Assembly: GCA_965655745.1 (NCBI GenBank)
Contig: CBFHHP010000001.1
Coordinates: 37,381-101,380 of the forward strand
DNA length: 64,000 nucleotides
Direction of reading: 5' to 3'
Origin: an uncultured Schleiferiaceae bacterium
GTDB taxonomy: Bacteria > Bacteroidota > Bacteroidia > Flavobacteriales > Schleiferiaceae
Below, piece by piece: positions 1-9,450 of this stretch (position 1 is its first letter; the number at the start of each line of letters is the position of its first letter). The translations under genes were made by a program, and so were the position numbers. Under the pieces are notes generated by a model that had not been told where the DNA came from, searched no databases, and saw only the letters and a list, made by a program, of their open reading frames with translations.

Positions 1-669
1 CTCCAATACAGAAGATAATCGACCGCCGTAGCGTGCTGGGAATCCACCTTTGGTAAGGCTTACGTTAGAGATGGCATCGGCATTGAAGACTGAGAAGAAA
101 CCAAAGAGGTGGTTCACATTGTACAGTGGTACGCCGTCTAAGAGGATAAGGTTTTGATCGGGCGAGCCCCCGCGGACGTACAACCCTGAAGTTCCCTCGC
201 CACCGCTTTGCACACCCGGCAATAGCTGTAAAGTTTTCATAATATCCACCTCTCCTAGGATGGCAGGAAGGGATTTCAGTTGCTTAATGGGAACTTCCAT
301 TTTGGACATCTGAACTTGTTCTTGAATCTTCTGTCCTTCAGCAGCAACAACATCAACCTCGTTCAGTACATTGCTTGAGGGTTTCAGGCGAAAATTGAAT
401 TCCACGTTTTTGGAAAGATCAATCTCAAATTGGTTGTTCTTATACCCTAGGTAGGTCAGGCGCACTACATGCGTGCCCTTGGGTAGCGTCAGCGAGTAGA
501 ACCCGTAATTATTTGAAGAAGTACCCAATTTTAATTCAGGCGCCCAAACGTTAACACCAATAAGCGCTTCACCGGTCTCAAAGTCCGTGATGTAGCCGCT
601 TAAGGTGCGGTTTTGCGCCCATATTGAGCTAGATATGAGCAAGAGTACCGCTGCTATTCGGATTTTCAT
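1..669 (-). CDS. TonB-dependent receptor, N-terminal part (CarboxypepD_reg-like domain plus plug). The rest of the gene lies beyond the window edge.
   Basis: My own translation of the minus strand from the ATG at 669-667 gives MKIRIAAVLLLISSSIWAQNRTLSGYITDFETGEALIGVNVW...GLYVRGGSPDQNLILLDGVPLYNVNHLFGFFSVFN. That is a signal peptide, a carboxypeptidase-regulatory-like fold and a TBDR plug motif. The frame stays open to base 1. This ORF is not in the supplied ORF track because it is truncated. Confidence 0.8.
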   Translation of the reverse strand, partial: MKIRIAAVLLLISSSIWAQNRTLSGYITDFETGEALIGVNVWAPELKLGTSSNNYGFYSLTLPKGTHVVRLTYLGYKNNQFEIDLSKNVEFNFRLKPSSNVLNEVDVVAAEGQKIQEQVQMSKMEVPIKQLKSLPAILGEVDIMKTLQLLPGVQSGGEGTSGLYVRGGSPDQNLILLDGVPLYNVNHLFGFFSVFNADAISNVSLTKGGFPARYGGRLSSVLE

Positions 670-731
670 ATGTGGCATATTGTTGGCACTCTAGTAGGGA
701 AAATCGTGCCATGTGTATCTCTAAAACTTCC

Positions 732-1643
732 TTATAAAGGTAGTATACGATTTCCTTCAAAAGGCTTGAGTTGACCAAATCCTAATTCTTCGGGGGTCAT
801 CGTGGTGAATTGGCTTTGAGGAATGCAACCAATTAATTCCGAAGAGGGGGCCTCGAAGCCCATTTGTTTCGCTAACTCTTGGACGCGGGTAAATACCTCA
901 CAAACTCCTGCCTCATGTGGCTTGGTGAGGTTGCAACTAACTTGGACTAGATCGAAATCTGGTAAATACCATCCTATGGATTTTACCCCCGGCATACCGC
1001 CGTCGCGTTCTCGGATTTTTCCGGCTATTTTCTTTGCCGCCTTCAGTCGTTCTTTTGTCTCGCCGCCCATTAGATTTACGTTGTAAGCCACCATCAAGGG
1101 GCGTACACTCATGGCTGTGGCACCGTGCAGGGCTACCGCCAAGGTGTAGGTCTGCGGACCGAAGTCAGGGAGGTCGCCTCCAGCAAATCTCTCTTCAAGA
1201 CCTTCATATGCTCCCTGGCGTACTACAGCCAGGTTTTTTCTCTGTGGGCTGCTCGCTAGGTGCTCGTAGCCGTAAATAGCCACATTGTGTTTGGCACTTA
1301 TTTCCTCAGCGAACGTGCGCACGCGCTCGAGCAATTCTTCTGCATGTTTTTCATCGTCAAGTAAAACGAAGGGACAAACGTCCACAGCGCCCATTCGCGG
1401 GTGCACGCCTTGATGCTGGCGCATATCGATCTCGCTCAGCGCAATGGCAAAGAGTGCTTCAGTGGCCTTAAAGACTTGACTTGCGGGGCCGAGGTACGTG
1501 AATACCGTACGGTTGGCACTTTTACCAGCGTCGACAAAATGCAGCGTTACGCCCTCCGTAGCTTCGATCGCAGCAGCAATGCGTTCAAGGATTGCTGGAT
1601 CGGCAGTACTCACGTTGGGTATGCATTCTATCCGGTAGCTCAT
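732..1643 (-). CDS. ftcD: glutamate formimidoyltransferase (FtcD N-terminal type, no cyclodeaminase domain)
   Basis: MSYRIECIPNVS...HPRMGAVDVCPFV... is typical of formiminotransferase N and C subdomains. I chose the internal Met25 of ORF 732..1715 as start (cat at 1641-1643) because it sits just after the stop of the upstream gene at 1645. Confidence 0.75.
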   Translation of the reverse strand: MSYRIECIPNVSTADPAILERIAAAIEATEGVTLHFVDAGKSANRTVFTYLGPASQVFKATEALFAIALSEIDMRQHQGVHPRMGAVDVCPFVLLDDEKHAEELLERVRTFAEEISAKHNVAIYGYEHLASSPQRKNLAVVRQGAYEGLEERFAGGDLPDFGPQTYTLAVALHGATAMSVRPLMVAYNVNLMGGETKERLKAAKKIAGKIRERDGGMPGVKSIGWYLPDFDLVQVSCNLTKPHEAGVCEVFTRVQELAKQMGFEAPSSELIGCIPQSQFTTMTPEELGFGQLKPFEGNRILPL

Positions 1644-1644
1644 G

Positions 1645-2631
1645 TTATTCGCTGAAGATGTGTGCTTTGATAAAATCGGACACGAGAAGGGCCAAACCTC
1701 TTCCGACTGAAGCATGTTCCTCTTCTGAGGTTACACGGCCTTCACAAAGATGGAAGTAGTGGGGCAACATATCGAGCGCATAGATGATTTGACGGACCTG
1801 ATCAAAGGAAAATCCACTCACACTCTGTGCACTTGTAGGGAAATTTGCAATAGCATCCACGTCCAATTCCAATCCATATTCCATCCCCAAATGTTCGGCG
1901 ATGTGAATGAGCGCTTCGTCTTGGGTCAATTCACCCGATTGTAAATCCTCGAAGCTTGCCATATTGTAAGCATCGTTGTGCTCAATGGTTTGCCAAATGT
2001 ATTCTGGCGTATAATTCTCTTGAAGACCTAGCATGAAGTAATTCGCCATGTAGCCTGCATTTGCGGCGTAGGTAAATCCATTGCCACTGTGCCTGCCTTC
2101 GGTCGTTCTTAAATCTGTATGTGCGTCAATATTCAGGCAGTTGATGGCGCGTCCTTTTGCTTCGCTGCTGCCTTTTAAACATCCGTACGCATTGTTATGA
2201 CCTCCACCAACAATGACAGGGATTGCCCCCAATTCAGTTATTCTGCGTACTACAGCGCTAACTGTATAGTCGTTCGCCGCCGTAGCTTCGCGCAAGGCGT
2301 CTATTTGATCGTTTTCTATAGAATTCGTTGGAACCACTGCTCCTAGAACCGCTACTGCATCAGTTGGGAAAAAGCGGTTCACCTGCATGTTCAGGAAGTA
2401 ACTCAAGAAGCTTTGGAAAGCGCGATCTGCTCCGCCACGACCGTGGTTGGCACGAACGCCAAAATCTTCTTCTACTCCTACAAGTACAAATTTGAACGGA
2501 AGAGAATCTGCGCTGGTCCAATCGGCCTCACTAACAGTTGTAATGCGCTCACCCAGGCGTTCTTCGCCTGGACGAACAGAGGTGCGACTCAGTAGATCTT
2601 CTCTAGTGTAATGTTCTAATACTGTGCTCAT
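1645..2631 (-). CDS. hutG: formimidoylglutamase-like arginase/ureohydrolase family protein
   Basis: Arginase-fold motifs are present: GGGHNNAYG, NIDAHTDLR and a later acidic Mn-ligand region. It sits between hutI and ftcD with a 4-nt overlap to hutI. Confidence 0.6.
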   Translation of the reverse strand: MSTVLEHYTREDLLSRTSVRPGEERLGERITTVSEADWTSADSLPFKFVLVGVEEDFGVRANHGRGGADRAFQSFLSYFLNMQVNRFFPTDAVAVLGAVVPTNSIENDQIDALREATAANDYTVSAVVRRITELGAIPVIVGGGHNNAYGCLKGSSEAKGRAINCLNIDAHTDLRTTEGRHSGNGFTYAANAGYMANYFMLGLQENYTPEYIWQTIEHNDAYNMASFEDLQSGELTQDEALIHIAEHLGMEYGLELDVDAIANFPTSAQSVSGFSFDQVRQIIYALDMLPHYFHLCEGRVTSEEEHASVGRGLALLVSDFIKAHIFSE

Positions 2632-3869
2632 TGGGTCTGTCCACCTAAAATGGTGGTTTGAATGTGATTGGTTCCGAAATCATAACACAAATACTCCAGA
2701 GATGGGATGGCTTTTGTGATCAATAGATCCGCATCCTTGCCCACGGCGATGGAGCCTTTACGGTCACTCAGGTTTAGCGCGGCAGCACCATTGATGGTTG
2801 CGGCGTTCAAAGCCTCCGCTGGAGTCATCTTCATCTTTGCGCAAGCCATGTTACACACCAGCTGCATGTTTCCTCCAGGGGAAGAACCTGGGTTATAATC
2901 TGTTGCCAATGCGACGACGGTGTCGTTCTCAATGAGTTCTCTAGCTGGACCGTAAGGAATACCGAGGAAGTAGCTACAAGAAGGCAGGAGGGTAGCTATG
3001 GTGTCGCTACCGTGTATGGCTTCAATGGCCTCAGGACTCATCACCTCGAGGTGGTCGACACTTAAGGCACCGGCCTCGACAGCCATTTGAATACCGCCGA
3101 TGTCGTAAAACTGATTGACGTGAATCTTCAGTGGCAATCCGCTATTCGTACTGGCATCGATCAAATGCTGTAAGGCGTCCAATCTGAAATAGTCGCGCTC
3201 AATAAAGCCGTCTAAGAATAGTGCGAGGTTTTCGTCTTTAATAGTAGGAAGACACTCGTCCAACATGTATTTGGTGTAGCTGGCCTCGTTCATACTTTGC
3301 GCTTTCGCCCAAGCAGGAAGCGCGTGCGCAGCCAAGAAGGTCGGGACTAGTGTAGCTTGACTTTGGCCATTAAGTGCTTTAATGGTACGCAAAAGCTTCA
3401 ACTCGTTCTCAGGATCCAATCCATAGCCGCTTTTTACTTCCAAAGTACCTGTTCCGCAGTCGATGAGGTTCTCGAGGCGGAATATAGCTTGGCTCACGAG
3501 CTGATCAACGGAGGAGGTACTTACTTTAGCTGCGCTGCTGAGAATCCCACCGCCGGCTGCAGCGATTTCTTCATAGCTCGCTCCTTTGAGTCGAAGATTG
3601 AATTCCTCTTCACGAGTTCCGGCATAGACCAGGTGGCTGTGAGAATCTACGAAGGCGGGTAGTACGTGCCTATCCGAGCAATCGCGGGTAGGGAGTTCAT
3701 CTTGAGGGCAATGGGTCATTGGTCCAAAATCAGAAATCTTGCCGTCGGTGATGGTGAGATAGGCGTTTTCGAGGGTGGGGAAGTTGCCCAAATCGGACCC
3801 CCGTAACCACTTTGTTCCTTCCGGATGAATACCGCCCAAGGATTTTATGTTAATCAGCTTCAGGTTCAT
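2628..3869 (-). CDS. hutI: imidazolonepropionase
   Basis: Amidohydrolase-fold motifs DSHSHLVYAGTREEEF, ...HVNQF..., ALATDYNPGSSP are characteristic of HutI. Length is 413 aa. Confidence 0.85.
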   Translation of the reverse strand: MNLKLINIKSLGGIHPEGTKWLRGSDLGNFPTLENAYLTITDGKISDFGPMTHCPQDELPTRDCSDRHVLPAFVDSHSHLVYAGTREEEFNLRLKGASYEEIAAAGGGILSSAAKVSTSSVDQLVSQAIFRLENLIDCGTGTLEVKSGYGLDPENELKLLRTIKALNGQSQATLVPTFLAAHALPAWAKAQSMNEASYTKYMLDECLPTIKDENLALFLDGFIERDYFRLDALQHLIDASTNSGLPLKIHVNQFYDIGGIQMAVEAGALSVDHLEVMSPEAIEAIHGSDTIATLLPSCSYFLGIPYGPARELIENDTVVALATDYNPGSSPGGNMQLVCNMACAKMKMTPAEALNAATINGAAALNLSDRKGSIAVGKDADLLITKAIPSLEYLCYDFGTNHIQTTILGGQTQ

Positions 3870-3915
3870 GCTTCAATATTACGGAGAATGCGCTATAGTT
3901 TCCTACTTTAGTGGC

Positions 3916-4980
3916 ATGCCCGGAAATACGATAGGACAATCTCTAGTACTGACCACCTATGGCGAGAGCCACGGCTCCCAAATTGGTGGGATTTTAGACG
4001 GTATGCCCTCTGGTGTAGATATCAATCTAGACCTTGTACAGCAAGCCCTAGACCGTCGTCGTCCAGGACAGAGTCATTTGACCACAGAGCGCAACGAAGA
4101 AGACAGAGTGACCTTCCACAGCGGCTTGTTTGAAGGCAAGACTACGGGTACGCCCATTGCTTTTTCCATTCCGAACAAGGACCAGCGAGGCAAAGATTAC
4201 GGTCAATTAAAGGATGTATACCGTCCATCACACGCAGATTTTACCTACGATGCGAAATACGGCCACCGCGATTATAGAGGCGGCGGTCGCTCTAGTGCTC
4301 GTGAAACGGCTTGCCGAGTAGTAGCTGGTGCATTAGCCGCTCAAATTTTGCCGGAGGTGAGCGTGAAGGCCTGGGTAAGTTCAGTAGGTCCTATTGCACT
4401 GCAAGTGCCTACTTCAGAATTAGACCTTGCCGGTATCGACGCTCATCCAACACGATGTCCGCATCCGGAAACTGCAGCCAAAATGGAAGCCTATATTGAG
4501 CAATGCCGCGCGGAAAAAGACAGTACGGGCGGTGTGATTACCGCAGTAGCATCGGGCGTTCCGGTAGGCTTGGGCGAGCCTGTTTTCGACAAGCTACAAG
4601 CAGATTTAGCAAAGGCGATCATGAGCATCAACGCCGTCAAGGGTTTTGAGATCGGTTCAGGCTTCGCAGCGGCCGCCATGCGCGGAAGTACCCACAACGA
4701 TGCTATTACAGAAGATTTTATAACGGCAACCAATAATGCCGGCGGGGTCGTCGGTGGATTGAGCAACGGCTCACCCATAGAGGTTCGCGTGGCTTTTAAG
4801 CCGGTTGCCACCATAGGAAAGGAACAACAAACAGTCGATAAGGACGGTAAAGCCACAGTATTGGCCGCCAAAGGACGCCACGATCCTTGCGTAGTACCAC
4901 GTGCCGTACCTATCGTTGAGGCCATGATTCAACTGGTGTTGGCCGACCATTACTTACGAAACTTGAAATACACTCGATGA
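3916..4980 (+). CDS. aroC: chorismate synthase
   Basis: MPGNTIGQSLVLTTYGESHG...GGGRSSARETA...RHDPCVVPRAVPIVEAM. I chose the start at ATG 3916, which is Met24 of ORF 3847..4980. Confidence 0.9.
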   Translation: MPGNTIGQSLVLTTYGESHGSQIGGILDGMPSGVDINLDLVQQALDRRRPGQSHLTTERNEEDRVTFHSGLFEGKTTGTPIAFSIPNKDQRGKDYGQLKDVYRPSHADFTYDAKYGHRDYRGGGRSSARETACRVVAGALAAQILPEVSVKAWVSSVGPIALQVPTSELDLAGIDAHPTRCPHPETAAKMEAYIEQCRAEKDSTGGVITAVASGVPVGLGEPVFDKLQADLAKAIMSINAVKGFEIGSGFAAAAMRGSTHNDAITEDFITATNNAGGVVGGLSNGSPIEVRVAFKPVATIGKEQQTVDKDGKATVLAAKGRHDPCVVPRAVPIVEAMIQLVLADHYLRNLKYTR

Positions 4981-6428
4981 AAAAACCGTCTTTACCTGTT
5001 CAGATCATTATTGGATTAATTCTTGGTATTGCATGGGCGCTTTTAAGCTCTTCAATGGGTTGGAGTCAATTCACCTTGGATTGGATCGCTCCTTTTGGAA
5101 CCATATTTATCAATCTACTGAAGCTCATCGCCATTCCTTTGGTCCTCTTTTCGATCATTGCGGGTATCGGTAACCTAAGTGATACTGCGACCTTAGGTCG
5201 CATGGGTGTGAAAACATTAGCACTATACATCGGCTCTACGGTTCTTGCCGCTTCTATGGGTATGCTCATTGCCAATACGTTTAATCCAGGCAAGCAGACG
5301 GCAGAAGAGCAACTGCAGATTAACCGTGTGGCATATGAATTGTGGGTGAACGATACAGAAGGAGTAGAATTCTTTGACGATGTGCGCCTACTCTCAGATC
5401 CAGCGATGCAAGTTTACATGTCAGAAGCAGAGGCAGCTTTAGCGGAACAGTTAGCCAATGAAGAGCTCAATGCTAAGGTAGCCAAGGCCAATGCGGTGCA
5501 GAGTGCTAAAAAAGACGGTCCATTGCAGTTCTTCGTGGACATGGTACCGTCCAACATCTTCCTCTCCTTTAACGACAGTCTCATGCTACAAGTCATCTTC
5601 TTTGCCATCTTCTTTGGTATTGTGATGGTGATGTTGCCGAATGCACAGATGGAGCCCGTGGCCAACCTCATGAACGGTTTCTCGGATATCTTTATTAAAA
5701 TGGTTGACGTGGTGATGAAGGGCGCACCGTTCTTTGTTTTTGCACTATTAGCAGGTAAGCTTGCAGCAATGGCAGGCGATGAGCCGGGCCGATTGGTGGA
5801 GATTTTCAAAGCCCTTGGGGCCTACACGGGAGCGACTATCCTGGGGCTGCTCATCATGATTCTCGTTTTCTATCCAGCCGTTCTTGCCTACTTAATCAAC
5901 CGCAAGACCAAGATGGGGTACTGGAAAAGTTGGGGCTACTTCATGCGCGGTATTCGTCCAGCACAACTGTTGGCCTTCTCAACGTCCTCCACAGCTGCCA
6001 CGTTGCCTGTGACCATGGATTGTGTACGCGACAACCTTGGTGTGGATGAGGAAATCGGTTCTTTTGTATTGCCAGTGGGGGCCACCATTAACATGGACGG
6101 TACAGCATTGTACCAAACGGTTGCCGTGATTTTCATGGCACAGTTCCATATGATTGACCTCACGCTCGCGCAACAGGCCACCATTATCTTCACTGCAACA
6201 TTGGCATCAATCGGTGCTGCATCGGTTCCTTCGGCAGGTATGATTATGCTTATTCCTATCCTAGAAAGTGTAGGACTTAACCCGGCTTGGATTGCCATTA
6301 TCTTCCCAGTAGACCGCATCATCGACATGGTTCGAACGGTATTGAATTTGACCGGTGATGCATCAGTCAGCACCATTATTGCGTTATCTGAAGACAAACT
6401 TACCGTGGTCAATCAAGACGAACTTTAA
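4977..6428 (+). CDS. dicarboxylate/amino acid:cation symporter (DAACS/GltP family) with an enlarged loop
   Basis: SSTAATLPVT, GATINMDGTALY and DRIIDMVRTVLNLTGD are DAACS signature regions. There is an ATGA overlap with the aroC stop. Confidence 0.8.
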   Translation: MKKPSLPVQIIIGLILGIAWALLSSSMGWSQFTLDWIAPFGTIFINLLKLIAIPLVLFSIIAGIGNLSDTATLGRMGVKTLALYIGSTVLAASMGMLIANTFNPGKQTAEEQLQINRVAYELWVNDTEGVEFFDDVRLLSDPAMQVYMSEAEAALAEQLANEELNAKVAKANAVQSAKKDGPLQFFVDMVPSNIFLSFNDSLMLQVIFFAIFFGIVMVMLPNAQMEPVANLMNGFSDIFIKMVDVVMKGAPFFVFALLAGKLAAMAGDEPGRLVEIFKALGAYTGATILGLLIMILVFYPAVLAYLINRKTKMGYWKSWGYFMRGIRPAQLLAFSTSSTAATLPVTMDCVRDNLGVDEEIGSFVLPVGATINMDGTALYQTVAVIFMAQFHMIDLTLAQQATIIFTATLASIGAASVPSAGMIMLIPILESVGLNPAWIAIIFPVDRIIDMVRTVLNLTGDASVSTIIALSEDKLTVVNQDEL

Positions 6429-8416
6429 TGCGTAAACTCTTCCTAGTACTCGCCGTTTTATCGGGTTCCCTGGCACAAGCTCAGATGGGACCGGTAGAAT
6501 TGGGTACGTATTGTGGTGATGATCACCGCAGTCCTTCCAAGCAAATCCAAAAAGGCCTTCGTGCACTGAATCAGCGGGATTATCCTAATGCCAGTGTTTA
6601 CATTGGGGCGGCGCTGCGCCAAAATGATGAGGACCAGCATGCCCTATATTTGAAGGGCGAGCTCAGCATGCGTACCAAAAAGTTCCATTTGGCTGAGGCA
6701 CATTGGAAACAGTTGGTGAAACGATGCCCGGGCTACAAGCCTGATTTACTATACGCAGTAGGTTCACTCTGCATGGCCTCAGGCAGAAACGACGAGGCCG
6801 CTGGCTACTTTGAGCAGTGGCTTTTGAGAGACGACCGTGAATATGCTTTCGATGCGGAGGTTGAAGGGTTGTTGGAAGAGATCAATCTTAAAAAGACCTT
6901 CCTCGCCAATCCGGTGCCATATGATCCTAAGCCTGCACGCAACATCAATACACGCTTTGACGAATACCTTGCGGCCCTCACTCCGGACGGCAGTCAGATT
7001 TACTTTACACGTCGCAGTAAGAAGCGCAATAAATACGACGGTCCCGCGGCCCCACTTCGCAACGTTGAGGAATTCAGCATGGCGAGAACAACGAGTACAG
7101 CAGCAGGTGCCTTCCTTTTTGAAGAGGGCGAGGCGCTCACTTCGCCGTTTAACGCTCAGTACAACGAGGGTGGACCTACCATCACCGCGGATAACCGAAT
7201 GATGGTCTTTACCATTTGTGAGCGCAATGAAAAGACAGGGCAGCAGAATTGTGACCTCTACTATACCACGTTCTCCTACGGCGTGTGGAACGGCATTCGC
7301 CCTGTTCCTAATGTAAATGGTCCCAACAGTTGGGAGAGTCAACCTACTATCTCGCCGAACGGCGACGTGCTCTATTTTACCAGCAATAGAAAGGGCGGCT
7401 TTGGCGGCCTGGATTTGTACCGCAGCGAGCGCCAAAGTGATGGTAGCTGGAGCAGTCCTGAAAACTTGGGATCAACGATCAATACAGCGAAGAACGAAAA
7501 GAGTCCGTTTATACATCCAGATAGCGAGAGCTTGTACTTCGCGAGTGACGGCCACCCAGGGATGGGTGGATATGATCTCTTTAAGAGCACAGATGCAGGT
7601 GCATCGTGGAACAAGCCGCAAAATCTCGGGTATCCTATCAATACTGATAAAGACGAGATTGGTTTGATGGTGACCCTTGATGGACAGCAAGCTTACTTCG
7701 CATCGAACAAGATCAACATGGCCAATGGCTGGGACATATACTTCTTTGACCTTTACGATGGTGTACAGCCTGAGGAAGTAGTCTTGGTCAAGGGGACATT
7801 GACCAAAGACATGTTTGCTTCGGACGATGAAGCCAAGGTGGTGTTGAAAAACAGTACCACTGGGGAGAGCACGATATTGCAAGTGGATGAAGAAAGTGGC
7901 GAATTCTCAGCAGTAGTAAAGAAGACAGAGGCGGATGCTTTTGTCATCAAATTAGATGCAAAGAAGGCGGCTTTTAGTGCTGCACCGTTGCGTTTGGCAC
8001 TCGCTTCGTCGGGTCCTCCGGGCGATGTGAGTCGAATGGAGATTGCCTTAGAACAGTCTGATATGGCTGAAGGTGAATCGTACCCCATTCCAAACATCCT
8101 CTTTGAGACAAATTCCGACCGGTTGGACGAACTAAGCGAGCTTCTCATTGCTGAATTCGCTGAATTTTTAGCGGAAAACTCTCATCTTAAGGTCCAGATT
8201 CAAGGACATACAGACAATGTAGGAGATGCTGCTGCAAATCTTGATCTAAGTACGCGCAGGGCCAAGCGAGTTACAAATACCTTGTACGGCTATGGTATTG
8301 ACGCTTCTCGATTGAGTTCCAAGGGCTATGGTGAAAGTCGCCCTGTTGCCAGTAATGATACAGAGCAGGGTAGAGCGAAGAACCGCAGAACGGTATTTGT
8401 GGTAACGCAGTTGTAA
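6428..8416 (+). CDS. OmpA-family protein with N-terminal TPR-like region and TolB-like (PD40/WD40-like) beta-propeller repeats
   Basis: The protein has a signal peptide. It carries repeated ...G..LYFTS.R.GG.GG.DLY.S motifs. The C-terminal OmpA_C domain reads NILFETNSDRL...GHTDNVGD...NLDLSTRRAKRV...NRRTVF. Confidence 0.8.
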   Translation: MRKLFLVLAVLSGSLAQAQMGPVELGTYCGDDHRSPSKQIQKGLRALNQRDYPNASVYIGAALRQNDEDQHALYLKGELSMRTKKFHLAEAHWKQLVKRCPGYKPDLLYAVGSLCMASGRNDEAAGYFEQWLLRDDREYAFDAEVEGLLEEINLKKTFLANPVPYDPKPARNINTRFDEYLAALTPDGSQIYFTRRSKKRNKYDGPAAPLRNVEEFSMARTTSTAAGAFLFEEGEALTSPFNAQYNEGGPTITADNRMMVFTICERNEKTGQQNCDLYYTTFSYGVWNGIRPVPNVNGPNSWESQPTISPNGDVLYFTSNRKGGFGGLDLYRSERQSDGSWSSPENLGSTINTAKNEKSPFIHPDSESLYFASDGHPGMGGYDLFKSTDAGASWNKPQNLGYPINTDKDEIGLMVTLDGQQAYFASNKINMANGWDIYFFDLYDGVQPEEVVLVKGTLTKDMFASDDEAKVVLKNSTTGESTILQVDEESGEFSAVVKKTEADAFVIKLDAKKAAFSAAPLRLALASSGPPGDVSRMEIALEQSDMAEGESYPIPNILFETNSDRLDELSELLIAEFAEFLAENSHLKVQIQGHTDNVGDAAANLDLSTRRAKRVTNTLYGYGIDASRLSSKGYGESRPVASNDTEQGRAKNRRTVFVVTQL

Positions 8417-8449
8417 GACTTAAGAAAATGTAATCCCAAAGTTGGGAGC

Positions 8450-8487
8450 AAAAAAAAAATCCCGAGCCATGCGGCTCGGGATTTTTG
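8450..8487. terminator. bidirectional rho-independent terminator between convergent OmpA-family gene and rplS
   Basis: An A-run is followed by the stem ATCCCGAGCC, loop ATGC, stem GGCTCGGGAT and a T-run. Confidence 0.7.
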
Positions 8488-8505
8488 TATCTCTTTTGGT
8501 GAGAT

Positions 8506-8853
8506 TTAGAAGCGACGCTCTTTGATACGAGCTGCTTTACCTGTACGCTCTCTTTGGTAGAAGATACGTGCACGACGTACTTTACCGCGCTTGTTCACTT
8601 CGATCTTTTCAATCGCTGGCAAGTTCACAGGGAAGATACGCTCTACACCTACGTTACCGCTCATCTTGCGAATAGTAAAAGTCTCAGTAGCACCTGAACC
8701 TCTGCGTTGCAATACTACACCGCGGAAGAACTGAGTACGTGTTTTCTCACCTTCAGTAATTTGAGTGTAAACAGTGATAGTATCACCGGCACTAAATTCT
8801 GGTAAGTCTTTTCTAGAAACGAATTCGTCGTTTACAAACTGAACTAAGTCCAT
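8506..8853 (-). CDS. rplS: 50S ribosomal protein L19
   Basis: 115 aa. The sequence ...[52 protein letters not shown] matches L19. Confidence 0.9.
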   Translation of the reverse strand: MDLVQFVNDEFVSRKDLPEFSAGDTITVYTQITEGEKTRTQFFRGVVLQRRGSGATETFTIRKMSGNVGVERIFPVNLPAIEKIEVNKRGKVRRARIFYQRERTGKAARIKERRF

Positions 8854-8955
8854 GTTTAAAATAATTTACATTGCTGTGAGCCAACATTCACATCTCTTGC
8901 CAGAGGTTGACACGCAGTCCCTTTCGGGAGGGCAAAAGTAATTAAAAATTCTTTT

Positions 8956-9375
8956 TTAAAACTGCTCGCGACCTGCAAAGTGGAAATCGCCTTCGATCTG
9001 AGCGTTTTCGTCACTATCAGAACCGTGTACAGCGTTCTCACCAATGCTCTTCGCGAAGCGTGCACGGATGGTTCCTTCAGCAGCCTCAGCTGGGTTTGTA
9101 GCACCGATCAATGTGCGAAAATCTTCAACAGCGTTGTCTTTTTCAAGAATTGCAGCCACGATAGGACCAGAAGTCATGAATTCAACAAGCTCACCGAAGA
9201 ATGGACGCTCTGCGTGTACTGCGTAGAATGCTTGAGCATCAGCAGTAGAAAGCTGCGTTAATTTCATTGCTGAAATACGGAATCCAGCTTCAGTGATTTG
9301 GTTTAGGATTGCACCGATGTGTCCGTCGCGTACTGCATCCGGCTTGATCATCGTTAGGGTCTTATTACCTGCCAT
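8956..9375 (-). CDS. ndk: nucleoside-diphosphate kinase
   Basis: 139 aa. [15 protein letters not shown]...NAVHGSDS carries the NDK active-site His motif. Confidence 0.9.
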   Translation of the reverse strand: MAGNKTLTMIKPDAVRDGHIGAILNQITEAGFRISAMKLTQLSTADAQAFYAVHAERPFFGELVEFMTSGPIVAAILEKDNAVEDFRTLIGATNPAEAAEGTIRARFAKSIGENAVHGSDSDENAQIEGDFHFAGREQF

Positions 9376-9405
9376 TTTATTTGAGTTTTTCTAAAATTTG
9401 CGCCG

Positions 9406-9413
9406 CAAAGGTA
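9406..9413 (-). promoter_or_regulatory. candidate Bacteroidetes -7 promoter box (TACCTTTG) for ndk
   Basis: The reverse complement of caaaggta matches TAnnTTTG. It lies about 30 nt upstream of the ndk ATG. Confidence 0.3.
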
Positions 9414-9450
9414 CACTTTTCTCGAACCTTTGTACGAGATTGTAACAGTT

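Noticed and set aside
6779-7435. 218-aa ORF on the minus strand. Other long ORFs of the same kind are 4491..4925, 5414..5809, 5936..6412, 7472..7882 and 7753..8148.
   Set aside because: They lie entirely antisense or out of frame inside well-supported genes (aroC, the symporter, the OmpA-family gene). Their composition is Arg/Ser/Cys-rich and low-complexity, typical of shadow ORFs. They contain no recognisable motifs.
8854-8955. Structured leader or ribosomal-protein autoregulatory RNA upstream of rplS.
   Set aside because: Only a weak 4-bp hairpin (TCCC-gaaa-GGGA) is visible. I know of no L19 leader family for Bacteroidota. The evidence is insufficient.
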